Shown: piece after piece, positions 55,692-63,528 of the stretch
Numbering within the stretch: the stretch's first letter is position 1
Layout: every line of letters starts with the position of its first letter
Assembly: GCA_963745835.1 (NCBI GenBank)
Contig: CAVUZH010000019.1
Location: 352,001-416,000 of the forward strand
Reading direction: 5' to 3'
Origin: an uncultured delta proteobacterium
GTDB taxonomy: Bacteria > Desulfobacterota > Binatia > UBA9968
Length of the DNA stretch: 64,000 nt
Made by a program: the position numbers and the translations under genes
The notes under the pieces: generated by a model
What the model was told of the DNA's origin: nothing
Databases searched by the model: none
Seen by the model: only the letters and a program-made list of their open reading frames with translations

Positions 55692-56471
55692 CTACTTCGC
55701 GAAGCAGGCCGAGTCATCAATCTCGCCCGGCCAATCAACCGGTACCAACGTGGTGCAGTGATAGAAGCGTAGCTGGAGTAGCTTCAGTCCCTTGTTGTCA
55801 TAGCTCCAGAAGTAGTCCTGCAGGACGTCCGAGAACAACGGGATACGCTTGTAGAAGGCGCCATCGATCGTGACGTTGTAGAGATACAACAGGTTTGCCG
55901 TCACGTTCTCGAACTTCGCCGGGCGGCCGCTGGCATCGAGTGTCAGCTTGTTGGTGGTGCCGCACACTTCTGTAATGCCATCGTCGGCCAAGCCGCAAAG
56001 CATCATGACTGCCGTACCGCGCGGGTTACCCAGCGCGCGGACGAAGACGGAGTACACGCTGGTGCCGCTGCCGCAGACGTAGTAGTCGCCTAGGTCAGGA
56101 ATGCCATCGGGATCGACCGTCCCATCGGCGTTGTACAGTGTGCATTCGTCATTTACACCGGGCTGGTCATTGATCACGCCACTGTCGGCTGGGGGAAGCT
56201 GGAAGCTTGCTGAGCCATCCGTGCCGTTCCGGTCGAGCACTCCGAAATCCAAACCCTCGATCAGGTTGATCTTGGTCGTGCTCTCACAAGGAACGAAGAT
56301 CGTGTGGCCCTGCGTGCCGGTCATGTCGGCCTTCTTGCCCTTGGGCACGCAGATGATGTTCAAATTGTAGTGCGGCCCATTGGGAGCACCATTACCGGTT
56401 TGTCCGTACGTAGCGCTCGTGCCCAACCCAAGGGCGAGAACCAGCCCCATGCAAAAGATAGATCGGTTCAT
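55692..56471 (-). CDS. secreted Cys/Asp-rich hypothetical protein
   Basis: GAGGAG RBS, signal peptide, GNGAPNGPHYNLNII, several Cys, own terminator. Confidence 0.85.
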   Translation of the reverse strand: MNRSIFCMGLVLALGLGTSATYGQTGNGAPNGPHYNLNIICVPKGKKADMTGTQGHTIFVPCESTTKINLIEGLDFGVLDRNGTDGSASFQLPPADSGVINDQPGVNDECTLYNADGTVDPDGIPDLGDYYVCGSGTSVYSVFVRALGNPRGTAVMMLCGLADDGITEVCGTTNKLTLDASGRPAKFENVTANLLYLYNVTIDGAFYKRIPLFSDVLQDYFWSYDNKGLKLLQLRFYHCTTLVPVDWPGEIDDSACFAK

Positions 56472-56639
56472 TTTTTCTCCTCTTTGTTTTGGATTCCGAT
56501 CACCCTGCTGAATTTAGTTCGTTGGCTGACATAAAGCGCACTCATTTGTAATTGTGAGTCACAAACCTCCTTTCTGTTGAGTACGCCCAAGAGCTCAAGG
56601 AAGGCAAAAGTCCACTGGCTGATCGTGAGCTACTTGGCG

Positions 56640-56655
56640 AGCAAAGCAAGTGCCT
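56640..56655 (-). promoter_or_regulatory. candidate sigma54 promoter for 55692-56471
   Basis: Minus strand AGGCACTTGCTTTGCT = GG-N10-GC. Confidence 0.5.
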
Positions 56656-56878
56656 TTATTTATTTTGCGCTAGAATCTCCGCATTGATGTACATTTACCT
56701 CTAAGTCCCACATGGACGACTTTTAAGGTGAGCAGAAAAATACTATTGTTGTGCTCGAACGTACAAAATCGGATCGGGGCGACCACTTTCACTTATTATA
56801 ATCGTCATCGGGCGGCGATTTACGTGGAAGAATCCTGAATTTTCGATGCAGGACGAAGAGATAAATAGAAGATGTTGC

Positions 56879-56996
56879 ATGCCGGTGGAGCAACCGACCA
56901 AATTTAAGTTAGTGATCAATCTTAAAACCGCAAAACAGATCGTCTTTGACGATCCCGTCGAATATATGGGCCCGTGCGGACAAGGTCATAAAGTGA
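56879..56996 (+). pseudogene. SBP tail remnant
   Basis: [37 protein letters not shown]. Confidence 0.88.
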
Positions 56997-58114
56997 TTTT
57001 GGATTTTAGATTGCCGATTTTCGATTATGTGGGAAGACGCGTGAAAGTAATTTCTTTGGAGCGAGTTTCCGCTTCTTGTTCCGGAAATCGAAAATCGAAA
57101 GCCTGTACTGAGCTAAGTCGAAGTATCCAAAATTCGAAAATGGTTGGGGCTATCGGTAATCGCTTTCTCGCTCGTGGTGTTGGATGTGTGGCCGCGGCGC
57201 AGCAGCCAATGAAAATCCCGCGGATAGGATACCTAAGTGCTGCTTCACTTTCCGCTATTTCGGAGCGTGTGGAGGCGTTCCGGCAAGGGCTGCGTGAGCT
57301 TGGGTACGTCGAAGGAAAGAATATTGTGATTGAATGGCAATCCGCAGAGGGAAACCTAGATCGCCTCCCTGCACTCGCCGCCGAACTCGTGCGTCTCAAA
57401 GTAGACGTCATCGTTACCAGTGCTTCGACGCAAACTCCTGTTGCCAAGGCAGCAACTTCAACGATTCCCATTTTTATGGCGCAGGACGGTGATCCCGTTG
57501 CCGCCGGGTTCGTCGCCAGCCTGGCGCGGCCTGGCGGAAACATCACCGGGTTGTCAACCCTTTCTCCGGAGGTAAGCGGAAAACGACTTGAGCTTTTGAA
57601 GGAGATTATTCCTAAGCTTTCCCGCGTGGCTGTTTTCGGAAGTTCAAATAACCCGGGCAATACCCAATCGCTCAAGGAGATTGAAGTAGCTGCAGGAGCT
57701 TTCGAGCTGCAGCTTCAATTTCTAGACGTACTAGGTCCTGAGAATATTGAGACTGTATTCCAGGCGGCCAGCCATGGGCGTGCTGATGCGGTTCTCGTCC
57801 TAGCGGGTCCTGTGTTCTTTTCTCACCGAAGACGGGTCGTAGACGTCACGGTAAAGAGCCGGCTTCCGGCGACCTATCCCAGGCAAGAATTTGTGGAGGC
57901 CGGTGGACTTGTGACTTACAGCGTGAACATTACCGATTTGCACCGCCGCGCAGCAATTTATATCGACAGGATCCTGAAAGGCGCCAAGCCAGCGGATCTT
58001 CCCGTCGAGCAACCGAGCAAATTTGAGCTGATCATCAATTTGAAGGGCGCCAAGCAGATCGGCCTGACAATTCCGCCGCACGTGATAGCGCGGGCCGACA
58101 GAGTGATCAAATGA
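56993..58114 (+). CDS. SBP paralog 23 (start uncertain; signal region looks scrambled)
   Basis: Family motifs; GTG overlaps the remnant stop. Confidence 0.88.
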   Translation: MILDFRLPIFDYVGRRVKVISLERVSASCSGNRKSKACTELSRSIQNSKMVGAIGNRFLARGVGCVAAAQQPMKIPRIGYLSAASLSAISERVEAFRQGLRELGYVEGKNIVIEWQSAEGNLDRLPALAAELVRLKVDVIVTSASTQTPVAKAATSTIPIFMAQDGDPVAAGFVASLARPGGNITGLSTLSPEVSGKRLELLKEIIPKLSRVAVFGSSNNPGNTQSLKEIEVAAGAFELQLQFLDVLGPENIETVFQAASHGRADAVLVLAGPVFFSHRRRVVDVTVKSRLPATYPRQEFVEAGGLVTYSVNITDLHRRAAIYIDRILKGAKPADLPVEQPSKFELIINLKGAKQIGLTIPPHVIARADRVIK

Positions 58115-59205
58115 TTTTTGGATTTGCGATTTTGGATTTTGGATTGCGGAGAAAAGCAGTCAGGGAAATAATCCGGTCCGAATCTCTTTCCGTGAACAAT
58201 CTAAAATCTAAAATCCAAAAACTAAAATGGCTGGGGATCGTCGCGATCGCTTTCACATCCGCCTTTGATGCGGCTGAAGCCTCGGCGCCGCAGCCAGGAA
58301 AAATCTTCCGCGTAGGTTTCCTCGAACCAAGCACTGCTTCTGGTATCGCGGTCCTCTTGGATGCGTTTCGGCAAGAGCTTAGCAAGCTTGGCTGGATTGA
58401 AGGAAAAAACATCATCATCGAGTATCGGTTTGCCGAGCAAAAATCTGAGCGCCTACCTGAGCTTGCGGCGGAGCTGGTTCGTCTAAAGGTTGATTTGATC
58501 GTGACCTCAGGCGGACTGACACCGTTAGCGGCGAAGAAAGCAACTAGTACCATCCCCATCGTGATGACGAACTCTGTGGACCCCGTGGGTGCAGGTTTGG
58601 TTGCCAGTCTGGCGCGGCCGGGCGGCAATATCACCGGGAACTCGGGTTTATCGCCCGAGCTAATTACCAAAATGCTAGAGATACTCAAGGACGTGATCCC
58701 CAAGCTCAACCGAGTTGGACTTCTGCGGTCGGCGGTCGGCGTAGCAACAGACCTCCAACTGAAAGAGCTCAGGCCTGCGGCTGTGGCACTGAAGCTAGAA
58801 TTGGAGGAGATCGAGGCTCAACCCGACGCCAAAGGCTTAGAGAGCGCGTTTAAAACCGCAAAGCAGAAGCAGGTCGGCGCGATCATGGTGAACCCCGGTC
58901 GCCGCTTTGCCGCCGAAAGAAAACGGATCGTCGAGCTTGCCAGCGAATATCGGTTGCCGGGTATTTACTTTTCTAAGGAGTATGTCGATGAGGGCGGTCT
59001 CATGTCCTACGGAGTGGATTTCGATGACCTGTTCCGGCGCGCGGCTGTTTACGTGGACAAGATCCTGAAAGGCGTCAAACCGGCTGATTTGCCGGTGCAG
59101 CAGGCGACCAAATTTGAATTCGTGATCAATTTAGAGGCCGCAAAACAGATTGGTTTGACGATTCCAAACAACCTGCTCGAACGTGCGAATAAAGTTATCA
59201 AATAG
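58111..59205 (+). CDS. SBP paralog 24
   Basis: Family motifs; hairpin-derived leader; ATGA overlap. Confidence 0.93.
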   Translation: MIFGFAILDFGLRRKAVREIIRSESLSVNNLKSKIQKLKWLGIVAIAFTSAFDAAEASAPQPGKIFRVGFLEPSTASGIAVLLDAFRQELSKLGWIEGKNIIIEYRFAEQKSERLPELAAELVRLKVDLIVTSGGLTPLAAKKATSTIPIVMTNSVDPVGAGLVASLARPGGNITGNSGLSPELITKMLEILKDVIPKLNRVGLLRSAVGVATDLQLKELRPAAVALKLELEEIEAQPDAKGLESAFKTAKQKQVGAIMVNPGRRFAAERKRIVELASEYRLPGIYFSKEYVDEGGLMSYGVDFDDLFRRAAVYVDKILKGVKPADLPVQQATKFEFVINLEAAKQIGLTIPNNLLERANKVIK

Positions 59206-59278
59206 ACAGTCGGCGATCCCGCGAGAATCAGAGATCCCGCCGCACGTGCTGACGCGAGCAGACAAGGTGATCAGATGA
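59206..59278 (+). repeat. orphan SBP tail remnant
   Basis: IPPHVLTRADKVIR*, whose ATGA starts the next gene. Confidence 0.9.
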
Positions 59279-60348
59279 AAATCAGGAGTAATGGAGCGTT
59301 GGATTCCTGGAGTGTCGGGTCACTCCGGTTAAGAGCATCACTCCAGTATTCCAAACCTCACTTCACTCGATACCGATTGAGATCGTGCGTTACCGTTTGC
59401 GCTCTGCTAGTTGTGCTTGGCTCGTCGCCTGATGCACAGCCGGGTACGACGAAAACTCTTCGTCTCGGTATTCTTGAGCCGGGCGGGTCCACGAACGTGT
59501 GCAACGACGGCCTTCGACAAGGGCTGCGCGGGCTGGGGTACGTAGAAAAGGAGAATCTAGCGATAGAAGCGCGTTATGCTGAGTGGAAGCCGGACCGACT
59601 GAAGCGCTTTGCTAGCGAGTTGGCTCAACTCAAGCCTGACGCGATCTGGACTCATGGACCGATCTCCGTTCGTGCGCTCAAACCGGTTACCGCGACAATT
59701 CCGATCATTCTCGGTGTTTCCCGCAATCTGGTGGAACTGGGAATTGTTGCCAGTCTCGCGCGGCCAGGCGGCAACGTTACCGGGATGGACTTGCGTGATG
59801 ACGAGATACTAGGGAAACGGCTGGAACTATTTAAAGAAGCTCTGCCGAAGAGTTCCCGTGTGGCCGTTCTGGCGGATCCTAATGATACCGGTCACGCATC
59901 CATTCCAAAGAACATAGAACAGGAGGCTCATGCTCTTAGGGTTCAGCTGCAACGTGTTGAGACGAGCGGGCCGGAAGATTTCGACCGAGCGTTCGTCACC
60001 ATGCTGCGTGAGCAAGCTGACAGCCTGATCCTTCCAGAAAGCCCACTCTTTTCCCAAAACCGACACCGCATATTCAAGATTGCAATCGGCAAGCGACTTC
60101 CCACAGCCGCGGGAGGATCACATTTCGCCGAAGCAGGTAGTCTGATCTCGTATGGAGCGAACGTCTTCGATGTATGTCAACGTTCTGCTTTTTTTGTGGA
60201 CAAAATCTTCAAAGGCGCGAAACCGGTAGATCTTCCGATCGAACGGCCCACCAAGTTCAACCTTGTCATCAACCTCAAGACCGCAAAGCAGATCGGTGTT
60301 ACGATCCCGCCCAACGTGCTGGCGCGGGCGGACAGGGTGATCAAGTGA
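59275..60348 (+). CDS. SBP paralog 25 (divergent)
   Basis: Family motifs; intact ORF. Confidence 0.92.
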   Translation: MKIRSNGALDSWSVGSLRLRASLQYSKPHFTRYRLRSCVTVCALLVVLGSSPDAQPGTTKTLRLGILEPGGSTNVCNDGLRQGLRGLGYVEKENLAIEARYAEWKPDRLKRFASELAQLKPDAIWTHGPISVRALKPVTATIPIILGVSRNLVELGIVASLARPGGNVTGMDLRDDEILGKRLELFKEALPKSSRVAVLADPNDTGHASIPKNIEQEAHALRVQLQRVETSGPEDFDRAFVTMLREQADSLILPESPLFSQNRHRIFKIAIGKRLPTAAGGSHFAEAGSLISYGANVFDVCQRSAFFVDKIFKGAKPVDLPIERPTKFNLVINLKTAKQIGVTIPPNVLARADRVIK

Positions 60349-60384
60349 CCCTTCTTCGATCGTGTTCGCAACGGTGAATGCGTC

Positions 60385-61380
60385 ATGCTTAAAGGCCCGA
60401 TTTGGCTATTCGTACTTATCATTCTCGGCTGCGCTAGTGTTATCGAAGCGCAGGAACAGAAAAAGATAGGGATTTTGTCCGGCGGCTTTGCTGAATCAGC
60501 ATCCGCTAGTACGGAAGCTCGCCAACCGAGAACCAACGTCCCCAACCTTCGCCAACACCTGCAAGAGCTTGGATGGACCGAACGCCGAAACGTACGATTT
60601 GAGGAAAGGTACGCAAAAGGTCAACTGCGGCAGCTTCCCGAATTTGCGCGCCAGCTTGTTAACAACAAAATGGATGTAATTGTCGCCCATGCTCCGGCTG
60701 CTGTTCGTGCCGCAAAAGACGCAACGACATCCATTCCCATCGTCATGGCTCATGGCGGCGACCCCATCGCTCAGGGCTTTGTTGCCAGTCTTGCGCGACC
60801 CGGAGGCAATGTGACAGGAGTCGCCAATCTTTCTGCTGAGCTGAGTGGCAAACGACTCGAACTCCTCAAAGACGTGTTGCCTAAGCTCTCCCGTGTCGCT
60901 GTGCTATGGAATCCGGACGCGCCTGGACCAACCCTTGGGTTTAGGGAGTTGGAATCCGCAGCCAAGCTTGTCGATGTGCCTCTCGAATCTTTGCGCGTGC
61001 ACGGTCCGAAAGAGTTCGAGACAGCTTTCAAAATAGCCAAAGAACGGGCGAGCGGCTTGATCGTGATTCAAGATGTTATGACGGTTAGCCATATCAAAGA
61101 TATTGTGAAATTAGCGGCTCACCATCGGATAGCGGCCATTTACACGGAAAGCGAATGGACCGAAGCTGGCGGGCTGATGTCCTATGGGCCAAGCTTTTTT
61201 GACTTGGAGCGGCGCGCCGCAGTCTATGTGGATAAAATCCTCAAAGGCGCAAAGCCCGGCGATCTTCCTGTCGAGCAGCCAACAAAATTCGAGCTGGCGA
61301 TCAATTTAAAGACCGCGACACAGATCGGCCTGACCATTCCGCCGAACGTCTTAGCCCGAGCGAACAGAGTGATCCGATGA
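60385..61380 (+). CDS. SBP paralog 26
   Basis: Family motifs; intact ORF. Confidence 0.93.
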   Translation: MLKGPIWLFVLIILGCASVIEAQEQKKIGILSGGFAESASASTEARQPRTNVPNLRQHLQELGWTERRNVRFEERYAKGQLRQLPEFARQLVNNKMDVIVAHAPAAVRAAKDATTSIPIVMAHGGDPIAQGFVASLARPGGNVTGVANLSAELSGKRLELLKDVLPKLSRVAVLWNPDAPGPTLGFRELESAAKLVDVPLESLRVHGPKEFETAFKIAKERASGLIVIQDVMTVSHIKDIVKLAAHHRIAAIYTESEWTEAGGLMSYGPSFFDLERRAAVYVDKILKGAKPGDLPVEQPTKFELAINLKTATQIGLTIPPNVLARANRVIR

Positions 61381-61433
61381 GCGTGCGCAATCCAATCCAA
61401 AATCGAGAATCCAAATCGAATGATTCCGCCAAA
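61331..61433 (+). repeat. 103-bp junction block, copy 2
   Basis: 102/103 identical to 54410-54512. Confidence 0.95.
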
Positions 61434-61515
61434 TGTGCTGGCGCGGGCAGACAAAAGTAATGAAGTGAAAGCGTGGCAGAAGGTGAGAGAGTTCGCTTCT
61501 GTGGGGGAAATTGCA

Positions 61516-62490
61516 ATGATGAACCCGATTTCGACACTGTTTTCGGCTGCCCTGATTCTTATCTCACTGCACGTGGCGGAAGCGCAGACACAAGCAACGA
61601 CTTCACGGATCGGTGTTTTATATCTCGGTGCGCCCAACGTAAATGTCGATGTATTCATTCACGGGCTGTGGGAATTGGGTCATATTGAAGGGAAGAACAT
61701 TACTATCGAGTACCGCTTCGCGCAGGGAAAGGAAGATCGTCTTCCTGACCTTGCGACAGAACTAGTCGGACTGAAAGTGGACGCGATCTTCACCGCAGGG
61801 ACACCGGCAATTTTCGCCCTCAAGCGAGCGACTAAGACAATCCCCATTATTTTCTTCGGCACTAGCGATCCGGTTGGCACCGGTGCTGTCGCGAGTCTGG
61901 CCCACCCCGGTGGCAACATCACGGGCATAACTACGCAAGCCTCCGACCTATGGCCCAAGCGGTTAGAGCTGCTTAAGGAAATCTTTCCTAAGCTCTCAAG
62001 GGTCGCCATGCTTTGGAACAAGGGCAATGCCGGTATGGCGCTCGAAGCAAAAGCGACTCAAGAAGTGGCAGAACCGTTGGCTCTTACGGTACAAGATCGC
62101 GGCGTGAAAGACCCTAACGAGCTCGATACAGTATTTGCGGTGATGACGAAGGATCGACCAGATGGATTTCTAGCGTTAATGGATCCTGTCCTTAATTCTT
62201 ACCGGAAGCGGATTATAGATTTTCTCGCACAAAATCGACTGCCGGCGATGTTCGAAAACAGTGATTGGGTCGAAGCTGGCGGGCTTATATCGTACGGCCC
62301 CAGTTTTCCTGCGGCTTTCCGTCGCGCCGCCGTTCTAATGGACAAAGTCCTCAAGGGAACGACACCAACTAAAATACCGGTGGAACAGGCGAGGAATTTT
62401 GAGCTAGTGATCAATCTGAAAACCGCCAAGCAGATCGGTCTAACGATTCCACCCCATGTGCTGGCGCGGGCGGACCGGGTGATTCGGTAA
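61516..62490 (+). CDS. SBP paralog 27
   Basis: Family motifs; start moved to MMNPIST (the track start lies in a tail remnant). Confidence 0.92.
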   Translation: MMNPISTLFSAALILISLHVAEAQTQATTSRIGVLYLGAPNVNVDVFIHGLWELGHIEGKNITIEYRFAQGKEDRLPDLATELVGLKVDAIFTAGTPAIFALKRATKTIPIIFFGTSDPVGTGAVASLAHPGGNITGITTQASDLWPKRLELLKEIFPKLSRVAMLWNKGNAGMALEAKATQEVAEPLALTVQDRGVKDPNELDTVFAVMTKDRPDGFLALMDPVLNSYRKRIIDFLAQNRLPAMFENSDWVEAGGLISYGPSFPAAFRRAAVLMDKVLKGTTPTKIPVEQARNFELVINLKTAKQIGLTIPPHVLARADRVIR

Positions 62491-62497
62491 AGAAACT

Positions 62498-63490
62498 GTG
62501 AGCCGCGACTCGATAATAGGCCGTCGGAAACTCTCGGCGTGTAGGTTCGTTGTTTGCGCCCTACTCCTTGCGCTTTCCGTTCCCGTCGAAGCACAGCAGC
62601 CAAAGAGAATCGGAATTTTGACCCTTGCAGCCGATGATCCCATGCTGACGATGCTTCGCCATGGGCTACGCGAACTCGGTTATATCCACGGGCAGAATAT
62701 TATTGTCGATCACCGATTCGCTGCAAACAAGTTGGAACGTCTTCCTGATCTTGCCGCGGAACTGGTCCAGAGGAATGTGGACGTGATCGTGGCGAGGGCT
62801 ACGCCAGCGGTTGAAGCAGCCAAAAACGCTACGAGTACAATCCCTATCGTCATACACTCGGCGGACCCGATCACTTCCGGATTTGTCACCAACCTTGCGC
62901 GGCCAGGCGGAAATATTACAGGTCTGTCCACCATGGCACCAGAGCTTGCAGGCAAGCGGTTGGAACTGCTCCGAGAAATCGTTCCAAAGCTTTCGCGCGT
63001 AGCTTTTTTGGCCCATCGTAGTGATCCAGCGCACCGGCAGTTTATCAAGGAAGCACATGAAGCCGCCGAGAGATTCGGCATTATGTTTCAGCCGCTCGTT
63101 ACAGACGGACCCCAAGACTTTGAAGCGGTCTTCTCGACGATCGCAAGAGAGCGCGCAGGGGCCGTGATTGTCCAGCCCCTCTTTACGGCAGTACTCGGAC
63201 AAGGTGAACGGATCGCCCAACTATCTATGAAGCACCGTCTACTGTCGATCTCAGACCCCCGGAGATTTGCCGAGGCAGGAGGCTTAATATCCTACGGACC
63301 AGATTTTGACATTTTGTATCGTCGCCTCGCCACCTACATCGACAAGATTCTGAGAGGCACGAAGCCCTCCGACTTACCAATCGAGCAGCCGACGAAGTTC
63401 GAGCTGGTCATCAATTTAAAAACCGCCAAAGAGATCGGCCTAGCCATTCCGCCCAACGTGCTGGCGCGAGCGGATAGGGTGATTAAATAA
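62498..63490 (+). CDS. SBP paralog 28
   Basis: Family motifs; intact ORF. Confidence 0.93.
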   Translation: MSRDSIIGRRKLSACRFVVCALLLALSVPVEAQQPKRIGILTLAADDPMLTMLRHGLRELGYIHGQNIIVDHRFAANKLERLPDLAAELVQRNVDVIVARATPAVEAAKNATSTIPIVIHSADPITSGFVTNLARPGGNITGLSTMAPELAGKRLELLREIVPKLSRVAFLAHRSDPAHRQFIKEAHEAAERFGIMFQPLVTDGPQDFEAVFSTIARERAGAVIVQPLFTAVLGQGERIAQLSMKHRLLSISDPRRFAEAGGLISYGPDFDILYRRLATYIDKILRGTKPSDLPIEQPTKFELVINLKTAKEIGLAIPPNVLARADRVIK

Positions 63491-63528
63491 GGCAAAAGTG
63501 AAAAAGCAAAAGTGAAGAAAGAAAACAC

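Noticed and set aside
56846-56992. N-terminal extension of the 422-aa ORF suggesting a circularly permuted SBP
   Set aside because: Read-through from a frameshifted tail remnant; the same applies to the [11 protein letters not shown] start at 61420.
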